A stretch of DNA of 63,176 bases, counting the filler, from Conidiobolus incongruus B7586 (Eukaryota): NCBI GenBank assembly GCA_000697335.1. It is 6 parts of 6 records of this genome, joined end to end, with 100 filler letters (N's around TTAATTAATTAA, not from the genome) between each part and the next. Parts side by side here need not be neighbours in the genome. Positions count along the whole stretch, not along the records: positions 1 to 16,415 come from JNEM01006280.1; positions 16,516 to 31,930 come from JNEM01006281.1; 4 more parts are not named here. One strand, written 5' to 3'. The notes under the pieces were generated by a model. The model ran no database searches. It saw only the letters and a list, made by a program, of their open reading frames with translations, and had not been told where the DNA came from. Each line of letters begins with the position of its first letter. The stretch's first letter is position 1. The position numbers and the translations under genes were made by a program. Shown here one piece after another: positions 13,052 through 27,400 of the stretch.

Positions 13052-16000
13052 TATTATAAATTAAAAAATAAATAAATAAATAAAAATTAAAGGTTAAAAG
13101 TACTACAGTATTCTTTATATATTGTTATTTGTTGTGGAAAAATGTACATGCAAGATTCTTGTTATAACGATTATTTTAACTCAAAGTTATTAAGAAATTC
13201 TCATGATACTTCAATTTATCAAATTTTCGTAGTGTATTGAGGTTGTACTAAACCTTTAAGGTATTTTTCATTTTTATGCTAATATTGAATACATATATAA
13301 TTAATACGCTCTTTGATAATTTCAATTATGAAATTGAGTGTTAGTTTTACTAAATTTAGTACATCCAGATAATGTAATATATAACTCATATTGGACTACA
13401 ATACATTTTTTATATTTATGAAGATTAATGAATATGTGTTAATAAAATTTTTTTTGTTAATTTTCTAATGTATAATATTTGGAAATTCAAATCAATAATA
13501 ATGACAACGTTGCTATATATTGACTTAAAATTCCGAGATATATGATTCTGTCAAATAGTATTGAATTGCAAAATGAATATGAAGTATAAATGATAAAATA
13601 TTAAATATTTGTCCAATTTTTTTTAACTTAATAATTTAGGTATATTCAAAAATAATATATATCAAGATAAATATAGAGATGTACTAAAAATATCCCATAT
13701 TAAATTTTTTTTAAATACAATTAAACTTTAAACGGAATCTAATAATTTGAATAACTAATCATGCTATAAAATCAACCAAATAGCTTTTAAACACTTAAAA
13801 TAACTAATTTTGAATATCAAATATAGTTAGTTAAATGCAAATTAGCACAAAGTCACATATCTAGAATCAATTTTAAGCGCTTATATTTGTGAGTATTTTG
13901 ACAAAGTGTTTGAAGGGTAGAAATTCAAATTAATAAATACACTTCATTTTATATTAAACACTTATTCAAGTGAATCAACCAATAATCAAAATTTTTATAA
14001 TCAATTTATCAAGGATCCTTATTCAAATCTATAAAGTAAATAACTATTATATTCAAAAATTACTATTAATTTTTATTTATTACCAAATTTGTATTTTTAA
14101 TAATTAAACGATTTAAATATTGCTAATATTGACCTAAATATACAGGTTTACTTTTTTAAAATATAATATATAATGTAAATAAATTATAAGAGAATGTAAT
14201 ACATCATTTTATATAATGAATTATATAGATACAGTATGATATCTTATGTTGATTTAATGGTCAGAATGGAGACAGTGAATTCTATTTGATTTCCATAAAT
14301 GGACCTATACTAATTGATTTCATTGGAGAAATGGTATAAATATTTCTCTGTATATCTATCCTATAACAGATTTTTAATCAAGATCAATTTTTTATTCTTC
14401 TTTTGCTATCAAAATTATAAATTTAAATATTATTTCAAAATCAAATATACTTCACATATTCTATCTAATTAATTATGTCAATAATTCGATATGTATAGAT
14501 TATGAAAATATTATTTTCTACTCAAAGTTAAGTTTGTTACAATTAAGAAATAAACATATTATTTGAAATAGAAATTAAATTCTTGATTTCTACCAATAAA
14601 ATTTGTGTAAGATGATTTACATTAAAATGAATTCAATAAATCGCTAATACTGGTTTATGTTTAATTGTCCCTGCGTAAATTTTTCTTGTTCTAATAAATT
14701 GTATTTGCTATATTACACTAGTTGGATGAAAATATAAGGTTTTATTAGTGATAGGTTATTTAATTAGATCATTTAATACAAATTTTAGGAGAATGATATC
14801 ATTGACATGAATTAAGAATAATTGAAGAATGTATTATTATAATAGGATATTTAAATCATTATATTATAATATGAATTCAATCCAAAATATTTCATAATTA
14901 TTTAACTATGATCATTATGATCTAATGAACTTGATTAAGTGGCTTTAAATTCAATTTCGAATATTTTCTAATTATAAATATTGGAAAAATTAAACTATTC
15001 GTCACAATTAGAATAACAATTCAATTTAAATCACAAGAATTATTTTGACCTATATATTTATTAATAGCATTAATTTCTCATGAACACCCCGAGTCATGTT
15101 TTATTATATCATTTCGTAAAACTATTATTCTATAATGAAAATATTATCAACAAATATTTCATATATTATTAATATATAATTTTGACGTCATTATCATTAG
15201 AGCGATAAATTGAAATATGAATTAATAATATTCTATATCCTTGAGTCAATTGGATTAGCTAATATAAAGATCATTTTAATAACATAATACAAAATCTAAT
15301 AAAAATATTCAAAAGTAATATAATTTTATCATTCATTTACATAATAGTATTAATTAACATCATCTTTTTCAACACATGGTAATTATAATTTATCAATTCT
15401 TAATCAATTGAACTAAAAAAAAACTTTTTATAATATTACTTAGTATATAAAATTTCATTTCAAATCTAAAAATAAAATTTCCAAAAACAATATGCTGTAA
15501 AGCTATCAATAAACCCAAAATACATATTACACATAAATACCCAGAGATTATTAATAAGGTTTAATATTAACTCAGAAGGTGATTGGAATTTAATTTGAGT
15601 GACGTTAAACATTTCTATTTTCATCTCTTGTTTACACTATTTTGTTCTCTTATACAAATATAGATTGTTGTAATGATTACAAAAAGTTTTTGAAGAACTT
15701 TAACAAATTGGACAAATTATCGCCTGTTTTTTTGTACTATTTACTATTCTTAATACGCAGCTAATTCTTCGTTTTTGTTTTTCTCTCTTATCCATTAATA
15801 TTAAATTTTAAATTGATTAGTCAAAGCTTTATTTTAGATTATCCATCAAATCTCGTTTCCATTGTTTTTACAATGTCTATATTAAATTAAAAATAGGTTG
15901 ATATTGTTAGCACTATTAAATTGAAATGATAATATATATTGTATAATATTCCACATAGTGTTTTTTAATTTTATCAATAATAATGTATATTAAGAATAAA

Positions 16001-16415
16001 ATTCTCATTATCTAAATTGATAATAAGTTTTTTAGGTAAACTTCACTTATATAATTAAATTTTTGAAAAAATTTATTCTCCTTATCCTCTATCTCAAATA
16101 ATAAATAAACTAAAAATGAATATTTGATAAAATTGATATAGATTCATATTTGATTTTATATAATATAGTTGTGTCTGATAAATAGCTTATAATATATAAA
16201 ATAATCTAAGATTTGATTTAAATTAGAATATTTAATTTTATCCAAATCAAAATTCAAAATAAAATGAATATAGAAAGTAATTAGATAAAGTATTAATATT
16301 AATTTGAAATTAATAAAATTGATAATATTTAAAAAATATTAATATAAAACTATTTATTGAAATTAATACCTTTAATTTAAAATAGTGTTATTATATAAAA
16401 ATAAATATAATAAAT

Positions 16416-16515
16416 NNNNNNNNNNNNNNNNNNNNNNNNNNNNNNNNNNNNNNNNNNNNTTAATTAATTAANNNNNNNNNNNNNNNNNNNNNNNNNNNNN
16501 NNNNNNNNNNNNNNN
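16416..16515. other. Artificial contig linker / assembly gap
   Basis: N44-TTAATTAATTAA-N44 (stops in all six frames); identical linker recurs five times in the window. Confidence 0.95.
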
Positions 16516-17566
16516 CATGAATGATGACTTTAGCAAAATCATCAAAGAAGGTTTGGATCATTATCAGAAGAATCTTCATGGTATCGATATCAAATCTCAA
16601 AAGAAATCTGATGCAGACAAGAAAGACGATGACGAAAGCAACCTGTCGTCTTCCGTTGGACGCAGCATTAACCGCAAACACATCAATATTAATAAGCCTA
16701 AGAGCAGAAAGTTCCCCTATCTCAGTCCTAAATTCATTCCAGTCAGAGGTCAAGACCATATTCCATCTATTGCTGGTTCTATGGGAACTACCCCCACTAG
16801 CCAAGCCAAGCACATCCGTCACCATAAAGATTCTCGTCAATATCAAGCTTCAGCCGCTGTAGGTTGGCTTTTGGATAAAAATGATGACGAATCCCACACT
16901 CCCCCCTCATCTGTTCCTAAGCAATTCAGCTATAGTGGCAGCTATGGAGGCGAAAGTCTTCTATCTTCTTCTATGGATACTTATGGAAAATCCTTCCCCA
17001 AGTTTGAGCATCCTAGCCACGAACTCCTTCGTGAAAATGGATTTGTCCAGCATAAGTACCATAAATTCCATGCTCGCGCGCTCAAAGATCGAAAGCGCTT
17101 AGGCATTGGTCATAGTCAAGAAATGAACACACTTTTCCGATTCTGGTCACATTTCTTGCGTACTCACTTCAATCGCCAAATGTTCCGAGAATTCAGAAAG
17201 CTTGCTTTAGAAGATGCCGAATCTAACTATCGTTATGGCTTAGAATGTCTGTTCAGATTTTTCTCCTATGGTCTAGAAAAGAAATTCCGTGGTGACTTGT
17301 TCAAAGACTTCCAAGAGCTTACCCTCAAGGATTATGAACAAGGATACTACTACGGCTTGGAGAAATTCTGGGCTTATCTATTCTATCGTCAAGATAAAGA
17401 AACTCGTCCTTTAGAAATTAGAGAAGAATTGCAAAAAATTCTCGAAAATTTCCAAACAATTGATGATTTCCGCAAATTGGATGTAAAGAAATCCGACCAA
17501 CTTTCCTCTAGCCATCGCGCTAAATCCATTCCTAAGTCCTCTCCTTTAAATAAGGAGTTCATTTAA
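16516..17566 (+). CDS. LARP1: Second LARP1 copy (C-terminal DM15 region), 5' part lost in the gap
   Basis: 349-aa ORF nearly identical to the last exon of the minus-strand LARP1; DM15 motifs [56 protein letters not shown]. Confidence 0.85.
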
Positions 17567-18102
17567 ATTTTTCCTTTACTTCTCTTCAAGATGGATCCAA
17601 TCCCATTGGAACCATCTGCTTAACTCCTCTCTCTCATTTGTAACTTTTTTCTGTCACTTGACATTTTTGTAAAATTTATATAATTGTATAAGAAATCATT
17701 AGAAAATAATAAAACCAAAAAACATCAAAAACATATATACTTACACTATTTGTTAACACTACATCATTTTATATTATTTCTTTTTAATATACAATTATAT
17801 CCTCCTTCAAATCAATTTTTACCTACGGTTTTATTTTTCTATTAATCAAAATGAAATCAAAAGATTATATTTTCAATTTGTAATAACATATACTAATATA
17901 ACCAATATGATCTTTTAATTTAAAATGTATACTGATTAAATCATTTAAATTACAAAAAAAATTTTCAAATTTTCACTTGGTGTAAATAACAAATAACATC
18001 ATTCTTAGTATCAGTTGAGCTTATATTTATTTGACACAGTGATTTGAATTATAATCAATTTAATAAAGTTGATAATTATACTAATATAAATATACTAGAA
18101 GG

Positions 18103-18567
18103 TATTAGTTCAGAAACAAAAAAATGGCAAATTTTTAAATTTCTGATTTTTTAAATATATTGCTAGTTTTAAAAATTTAAATATATATAAAATATATAAG
18201 AGAATTAATATGTTTAAATTATATATATAAATATTTAATTATTTTTTATTAAGATATTTTTAATTCAAAATTTAAAATTAAATTTAATTATACTTAAACT
18301 TAATAATAATTATCTAAAGTCTTTTATTTTAATAATATTAAAATAAAAGACTTTAGATAATTATTATTAAGTTTAAGTATAATTAAATTTAATTTTAAAT
18401 TTTGAATTAAAAATATCTTAATAAAAAATAATTAAATATTTATATATATAATTTAAACATATTAATTCTCTTATATATTTTATATATATTTAAATTTTTA
18501 AAACTAGCAATATATTTAAAAAATCAGAAATTTAAAAATTTGCCATTTTTTTGTTTCTGAACTAATA
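18103..18567. mobile_element. Fold-back of a degenerate mariner 5' end forming the palindrome core
   Basis: 18103 tattagttcagaaacaaaaaaatggcaaattttt resembles the TIRs at 43503/44826; 18281-18334 aatttaattatacttaaacttaataataattatctaaagtcttttatttt aligns to the transposase start aatttaatcATGcttaaactagattgtgattatcaaaaggcttttatttt at ~43687. Confidence 0.75.
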
Positions 18568-19103
18568 CCTTCTAGTATATTTATATTAGTATAATTATCA
18601 ACTTTATTAAATTGATTATAATTCAAATCACTGTGTCAAATAAATATAAGCTCAACTGATACTAAGAATGATGTTATTTGTTATTTACACCAAGTGAAAA
18701 TTTGAAAATTTTTTTTGTAATTTAAATGATTTAATCAGTATACATTTTAAATTAAAAGATCATATTGGTTATATTAGTATATGTTATTACAAATTGAAAA
18801 TATAATCTTTTGATTTCATTTTGATTAATAGAAAAATAAAACCGTAGGTAAAAATTGATTTGAAGGAGGATATAATTGTATATTAAAAAGAAATAATATA
18901 AAATGATGTAGTGTTAACAAATAGTGTAAGTATATATGTTTTTGATGTTTTTTGGTTTTATTATTTTCTAATGATTTCTTATACAATTATATAAATTTTA
19001 CAAAAATGTCAAGTGACAGAAAAAAGTTACAAATGAGAGAGAGGAGTTAAGCAGATGGTTCCAATGGGATTGGATCCATCTTGAAGAGAAGTAAAGGAAA
19101 AAT

Positions 19104-21177
19104 TTAAATGAACTCCTTATTTAAAGGAGAGGACTTAGGAATGGATTTAGCGCGATGGCTAGAGGAAAGTTGGACGGATTTCTTTACATCCAATTTGCGG
19201 AAATCATCAATTGTTTGGAAATTTTCGAGAATTTTTTGCAATTCTTCTCTAATTTCTAAAGGACGAGTTTCTTTATCTTGACGATAGAATAGATAAGCCC
19301 AGAATTTCTCCAAGCCGTAGTAGTATCCTTGTTCATAATCCTTGAGGGTAAGCTCTTGGAAGTCTTTGAACAAGTCACCACGGAATTTCTTTTCTAGACC
19401 ATAGGAGAAAAATCTGAACAGACATTCTAAGCCATAACGATAGTTAGATTCGGCATCTTCTAAAGCAAGCTTTCTGAATTCTCGGAACATTTGGCGATTG
19501 AAGTGAGTACGCAAGAAATGTGACCAGAATCGGAAAAGTGTGTTCATTTCTTGACTATGACCAATGCCTAAGCGCTTTCGATCTTTGAGCGCGCGAGCAT
19601 GGAATTTATGGTACTTATGCTGGACAAATCCATTTTCACGAAGGAGTTCGTGGCTAGGATGCTCAAACTTGGGGAAGGATTTTCCATAAGTATCCATAGA
19701 AGAAGATAGAAGACTTTCGCCTCCATAGCTGCCACTATAGCTGAATTGCTTAGGAACAGATGAGGGGGGAGTGTGAGATTCGTCATCATTTTTATCCAAA
19801 AGCCAACCTACAGCGGCTGAAGCTTGGTACTGACGAGAATCTTTATGGTGACGGATGTGTTTGGATTGGCTAGTGGGAGTAGTTCCCATAGAACCGGCAA
19901 TAGATGGAATATGGTCTTGGCCTCTGACTGGAATGAATTTAGGACTGAGGTAGGGGAATTTTCTGTTCTTGGGCTTATTAATATTAATGTGTTTGCGGTT
20001 AATGCTGCGTCCAACAGAAGACGACAGGTTGCTTTCGTCATCATCTTTCTTATCTGCATCAGACTTCTTTTGAGATTTGATATCAATACCATGAAGATTC
20101 TTCTGATAATGATCCAAACCTTCTTTGATGATTTTGCTAAAGTCATCATTCATGCCCTTGCGTCCTTCAGTTTGGTTAGAACGATCACGGTGTCTCTGGG
20201 TGACGATTAAAAGTGATTTGACAGTTTGATCATCAATGTCGTCATCCGAATCATATTCATCAGAGCTAGCATAGTATTTAGTAATTTTTTTGCCCGAATC
20301 GACGACTTGGTCTTCATCAAGCTGGAAGAGATCGTCTTCATCGGGTTGGTAGCGAGGGCGGAATCCAGGAGAGTTTGCTGGAGAGGTTCTACTTTTTCTC
20401 TGATTGCGAGATTTGAAACCAGTGCCAGCAGCAAAAGATACATGGTGAGAAGAAGCGTTATTACGGTTCGAAACGTTTCCAGCTATGGAAAAGTGGAAAA
20501 TGTTAGTGGGAAAGGGTGTGGAATTGAAGAGAAATTACCATTTTTGGAAGCTGCGCTAGCATTAGGATTAGGCAACCATTTGCTCCATTCATTCTTACGG
20601 CGTATCTTATTATCTCGGACTTCCAACTTGTCACTCAATTTCCAAGCTTCTGAAATAAACGGGATATCGATACTAAGTCTCTTGATGCGATTAAACGATG
20701 CGATTAAGCTGATAAGGACAAATCCTTCTGAGTCCATCTGAAAATAATAAATATTAATCGCTATCCCTTTTAAGGAAAGTAATAAAAAAGTACCTGTTCA
20801 CGCAAAAAATCATCAACGACTAAGTTTTCATCGCTAAAGTAGTATTCTCTAAATCTTGATTATCACCTTAGTTCATCATAAATAGAGATTGAGACTTACA
20901 CTTGAGAAATCAAATTAGCCTTGAGTTCTTCTTCATTAGCTGGAGTAGGGCATTGAGGGGGAGCAGGCCCGACACTTGAACGGCGATTAATGGCACCAGC
21001 CCAGACCTTAGGATTGGTAATATCTGCGACTAAAATTTAAATAGATCAGATTTATGTTGGTTAAAATGCCATATATAGAATGATATAGATAAATAGGGAG
21101 ATCAAATTACCTGAAGTGCTGTCCTGGAGGGAGAGGTTGCGTTCAAGGGAGTGGGACAAATTGTCAACGGAAGTCAT
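19104..21177 (-). CDS. LARP1: La-related protein 1 (La motif + DM15), 5 exons: 21111-21177, 20900-21029, 20794-20848, 20539-20737, 19104-20482
   Basis: Manual GT-AG splicing gives a continuous frame with the La motif ([39 protein letters not shown]), [14 protein letters not shown] and C-terminal DM15 repeats. Confidence 0.9.
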
Positions 21178-21569
21178 CAGGGTAAGATAACTCTTAACTA
21201 TAAAGGAAGTATAGGTTGAGTATATTGCTCAAAATATTCTAGTAAAGTATGTAGCATAAGTCTGAAATAGTAGCGTTTTAGAAGCAACGAGAGATTGTAA
21301 ACAAACTCCTGGCGTACACAATTTCAGTAGTTCGAGTATAACAATCAAAAATAAAAATATGTATAGAAGACTGCAGTACGATGGTGAAATGAAGATGAAG
21401 AATAAAGTCAGTACCTTGTATATAGAGATTAGATGGGTTCTTTCAAGTGAGTGATCACTTATTGAAGAAAAGTTTTGACTGGCATCTTAGGGAGATCGGG
21501 TGTATTTAAAACATTGGTCATGCTATGTGAAAGTCGTATTGTTTAGATGATTTGAACAAATGCAAAATG

Positions 21570-21920
21570 CACCAATCGAATTAAAAAGTAAAGGATAAAA
21601 TTAGTTTTGGAGTGGGAAAATCCAAGGTGGTCGCTGATTGACTGAGTGATCAAGTCATGACAATAGTTAATTGGAAAATTAATTAAGCCCAAGTATTCGC
21701 AACCAATCAATGCAATTAGTTTGGTGGGAAGGAGGAGGCGCTTGGTGAGCATTCTATATCAGAGCTTTTGATTTCACCTAATTTCATTCTTTGACAGAGC
21801 CAATCATTTGCCGAGATTATGGATATGAGATATTGATTGGATTGGATGAAGCACGGAATTGATATTTTGGTGTTACTGTTCATCCACTTTAATTATCAAT
21901 AATGCCAACATCCAATCACC
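21570..21920 (-). promoter_or_regulatory. CCAAT-box cluster upstream of LARP1
   Basis: About six CCAATC/GATTGG words (~21571, 21702, 21799, 21835-21845 twice, 21912) in a locally GC-richer stretch. Confidence 0.35.
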
Positions 21921-23466
21921 TTGTCAACTTACGCAAATAGTATTAGCATTTGATGCTGCTAGTGATTGAAAAAAATACACATCAGCGTTGATCATAGATG
22001 AGGTCATTATGAAATCAATTTTAGATATAATTTCCATTATTCTTTATTAAATAAATACTTTCAATAGCTTTGATTCCTACCTTTGTAGTGTTTAATTAAA
22101 TATAGTGAACTTTTCATTTTGAGCTAAATAGGAAAAAAATTTAATGAGATCAGTCGATTTTTATAGTGTGATTTGAAAAATATGATAAAAACTATTAGAT
22201 AAATATTACAATTTGAGGATAATTGATTTATCAACTATTTGCATGATGACTAGAGATAAGAAAAATTGAATCAAGTGATATAAATAGATTAAGAAATATT
22301 CCATTGTTAATCATAGTATATAGGTTTCAAAGATCTTTAACATATTTTTCTCAACTCACTGGATATATATTTAAAATCAATACTGAAATTTTAAAATAGT
22401 TATGAAAATATTCAAGTTTAATTTTGCCAACAAAAGGGTATCAATGGATTTTTTTATTTATTTATAATAATACAACCTTATATTCCAATCAAAGGATATT
22501 AGTTCATTAAAATGACCATGAATTCATAAATATTGTATTTTAATATATTTAGCTAAGTAACCAACTAAATATATATATTATTACCTTATATAGTTTGCTC
22601 ATATATAAAATAATATTTATTAATAAATTATATGACTGTTTTTTAATTATATAATCATGTGATAAATAACTGTTCAATATGCTTATATAAAAAAAATTCA
22701 CAAATGGATTTAAATAATAAAAATGAAATGAGTGATTCAACCTAAATTCAAATGATAAATTTTTAAATATTTATCGATATTCAAAGTTAAAATGAAAATA
22801 TGTAAAAAAAAATATAATATATTAATTTTATAAAATCATTGTTAAATACATATACCCTTGATGACTTGATAATTTTGCAAAGTTGCATTATATTACATTG
22901 AACTAAATATTATTCAATATTTTAAAATTCGAGTCTATAATAGTTTTGATGAATTTTTAATTATATATTACATAAAATACATATTAAAATCAACAAATAC
23001 AGTTATAAAATATGTCTTTCAGAGTTATTGTGTGTTATAACTTCTCTAATGATGGAGTATTTTGTAAATTTATTAATGTTTATACATATAAAGTAAAGGA
23101 ATTTAATTACCTACCAAGACATAAAATATAATATTCAAATTTGATTTGATTATTAATTTAATAAACTCAAAAATTGAGTGAAAAGTTTATATGTATTCCT
23201 ATAAGAAGATTTAAATCATCTATTGTATATTAATCAATTATTTTTTCATGTAATCACATTAATTTTAATCTGATTAATATATAAACGATGGTCAATATAA
23301 CTTAATAATTAATTTACTTTATTCGAAATATATTCATGAGTATATGGCCAAACTAAATCTGGTATATAAGAGTGAGCGGATAATTTAAGGGTTGTGATTG
23401 TTATTATTAAGTTCAGGTAATGTTATTGTACTCTGTACACTAACCATTGTTAACTATAATCACAAA

Positions 23467-24419
23467 TTAGTAAATAATCATTATGATATATTTATGAATG
23501 GTTACATAGTTGCTTGGCGCCATTCCGACCGTGCCATCGGTTTTTAATACTTTCCACCAATTTCCTTTACTGTTTAGTATATCCATTACTTCATGCTTAA
23601 TAAATGACACTTCATCTTCGCTACTCTTGGTATCTATTTAAAAATTCAATCAGCAAATTATTTTAGTATAAATGAAAGTGCATAATTACAGTCGAATAGA
23701 GCACGACATTTAAGTCCTGTGGGTTTAGGAGTACCATCGCTATTATAACTAATATCTGTACCTATTGTTCCAGTGGTTATTGTAAAATCTTCTCCATCAA
23801 CGAAGGAAACAAAAGCAGAAATGTCATGAGCATCATCAGTAAAGAAATGATCATCTATTTGTCCACTCAAATAATAGGCTAAAGTACCAGGTGAACTACC
23901 CAATAAAAAGATCCAAAATAACTATATGTATAATAATTTAATATATATTATATAATTCAAATTAATTGTTATAAATTACGTTCACTGAAATTAATATCAA
24001 AGTACCAATTAAAATAATGATAAACATTTCATTCTGTTCATCAGAAAATCTAGCTAAAATGTTGCTTATTAAAGAGACATTTATCACTATAAAAAATACT
24101 AACTATAGTAATAATTAGTACTTAGATCGTTATTAATCAAGAATATAAAGGTTACTGGAAGCTTATATGTTTTAATATGATTTAAATGGACTGCATAAAT
24201 AATAAATAAGATAACGTTAAGAGAAAATAAAATATGTAACCAAACATAAGTCCAACTATTCATTAAAATGACACCAACACTCAAGGCGAACCAGCCTCCC
24301 TAATTTCTATTAATTCATTTATCATTATAAAATATAATTGTAATTACCAGAGCTAACAAATATGATATTAACCATACTAAATCAGAGAATGTAAACGATG
24401 TACTATTAAATAATTTCAT
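23467..24419 (-). CDS. SHO1: Sho1-type osmosensor (4 TM helices + C-terminal SH3); exons 24348-24419, 24156-24299, 23980-24102, 23690-23921, 23467-23633
   Basis: Spliced frame has four hydrophobic segments ending LFWIFLLGS, then an SH3 domain: CRALFDYTKSSEDEVSFIKHEVMDILNSKGNWWKVLKTDGTVGMAPSNY. The exact 3' end is uncertain because a further intron is possible. Confidence 0.8.
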
Positions 24420-27400
24420 TTTAAAATAATATGATAAATTAATCAAAAATTATTTTTTTTATTCTTTCTGTTTAATATTCAAATTAAATTTTAAAATTAA
24501 TTTGAGCTTTTTTAATATTATTTAAAGATATTTAATTTAATTTAAAAATATGGGTTAATCATAATTTAATTAATACCAAGAAATTTAGGGTTGAAACATT
24601 ATTTTCCTTATTTGATTATTCACAAACTAACAAGATTTTAGTAATTAAATTATAGACGTAAATTTACGTCAATATCTAAGTGAAAAATAAGTTAAAGAAT
24701 ACATTCAAGGATGCTATGATAATTATATTAGTAATATATCCTAACAAGTTACTGATATTAGCAGAGAAAATTGTTTAAATCATATATTAATAAAATATTT
24801 AGAAGAATTTAATGATATTTTAAAATTCAAATACATTATAATCATAAAATACATGTATATAATTAAATATATTTATTGACTATTTTTCAAATATCTAAAA
24901 CACCTACCTTGATAATTATTAATGATATTATCTAATTTTTGAAATAATATTTTATTATATTATTCAATGAAATAATAAACAGAAATTGAATTAAAGTATT
25001 TCAACTTAAATGCAACTATTTCAAAAGAAAAACACTATAATTCAAAATCAATTTTATAAATATTATGCTTGGATTTAAAACATATTGTAAACTTTATTTG
25101 GAGAGAGCAATCTTTTAAAGCTGAGACTGATATTCAAAATTAAAGGTTGGACGATAAGGCAAATTATTTTACTTAAATTAAATATTAGTTTTATACATTG
25201 AAATATTTATATATAAAATAATACACATAATCAATAATCAATTCAAATAATTAATGTCATGCCTCTTTATTATTAATTACCTTAATATACTTATATAAAA
25301 ATTATATATAATAAAGTATCGATTGAGTCCAACCATTATAATATAATATTATTATATAATTGGTGATTATATTTACTTCAAATTGGAGCTCATAATATTC
25401 AATTGAAATAATTTTAAAATAACATGAATAAAGAGTATTTGAAATTTTTAACTTGTGTATCTAATATATTAAATTATAAATTCAAGAATGTTAAATCAAT
25501 TTGAATATTTATTATCCTGTTTTTTTATTTTGAAAATACCTGTCTGTCTTAATTAGATAGTTAAATCCATATTATCCCTTATTTATAGTGGCCTTGTCAG
25601 TCTATAATTAAAGGATATCATTCATTGAATCAACTGTTTAAACCCAGAAGTAACAAAGATAGAAAAAAAGTTTTTCTGAGTATTCTCCCATAATGTCTCA
25701 ATTATAAATAAGCTTTAAGATATATAAGATTAATAAATAATTTACTAAATCTTATTACAAGTAATTTTCTAATAACAATCTTTATTTACAAAGCTTATTA
25801 TAAAATACAACACTATACTAAATTATAACTATAAATGTCATAACTTAATATTTATTGGTTATTATTATTATTAAAAACAATATTTCATTTAAAATAAAGT
25901 ATATTTTAACTATCTTATTGTCAATGATTAATATTTTTTGATATTCCTTATATTTTTACTTATATTTTAAAATAAATTTTGTTTTTAAATTCCAACTTAA
26001 TTTACTAGATTATATGATTAACTATTTATATTAAAATAAGTATATATTAAATTAATTACAATAATACCAGAAATAGTATCAATTATTTTTTAAGTTTTAT
26101 GATTTATCTTTTTGTAAATTCACCAAATATTAAAATATTATTATTATTTTCAAAATTTTTTAATATTTCTTATTAAGAATATTATAGGACTTTTATATTT
26201 GAATTATAAATATATAATATTTAAGTATTGATATAATTACATTTATTTACCAGAAATATATATTAAATAAAGGGTAAATAGTTATAAAAATAAATATACT
26301 TATTAGCATAATATATTTAATATTGATTGATGATATTAATCTATCCATATATTAAATTAATTTTTTTCCTAATTAGCATCATTGATATTATTCTCCATAT
26401 TCTCTATTTTATATTTATTATTTCCCAATTTAATTAATTTTTTTATTCTAAATATTGTTATGGTTTAATTATGATATATAATTCAATACTCTTTTTATTC
26501 CCCTATATTAATTATATAATTGGTTTCAAATAATTTTATAATTTATTTTTGTTTAGTACATAAGTACTTACTATCATATTTCATAAAGGTAGATAAATAA
26601 AGATTGTAATCAATAAATTAAATTTCATCCTAATTAATGATTAATCCATACCTTAAATATTAAATATATCAAAACAATTTCAATAAATCATTAGATGAAT
26701 GAAATTAATATTTTGAATTTTATACTAATGATCATTCAGTTAATTGGAATAAAAACATGGATACTATAATATGATTAAAACTTCTTATAATTAAAATACT
26801 CTTATAACTTATTAAAAATAAAATTAATGAATAAATTTAATATAATTTTATTACTATCAAAATTTTTAGGTTCAAAATTTTAATTAATTTATAATTTCAT
26901 GATATATGAAAACTATTGATTATAAAATTAGAATATAAAATTTTGATTATATATTAAAAATAATATTTAATATTTAAGGATGGTTATATGATAATATACT
27001 AATAACACAAAAATAACACAAATTCATAAAATATGAAGAAATATATATATAAATTAAATTTAGATACTTTTCAACTTATTGGAATATTGGGTATAAATAG
27101 CTGAAATATAAAGATTCATTAATCTATTATTTTTATTAAATATTATAACTATAACTATAAATTTTAACAAATAAATCTTTAAAAAACATGTATTATATAA
27201 ATTTCAGTACTTTAGATAATGGATACCAAGTAATGAGAAATATAGGTACTAATTGTGTCATTATTTAAATGAATATTTAAAATTAATGACTATGAATAAT
27301 ATTTTTGAAATGTGCTGAAAATAAAAGAAATAATATCCTTTTTAATATAATTAAATTTGAACTATTGTATCAATCTTTGATTTGAAAATATATATTTTTA

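Larger units (their letters stand above)
16516..20154. repeat. 3.64-kb palindrome (inverted duplication), one-base centre at 18335
   Basis: Position x pairs with 36670-x (17566/19104, 16517/20153); centre reads cttttattttaata-a-tattaaaataaaag; left arm is cut off by the gap. Confidence 0.95.
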
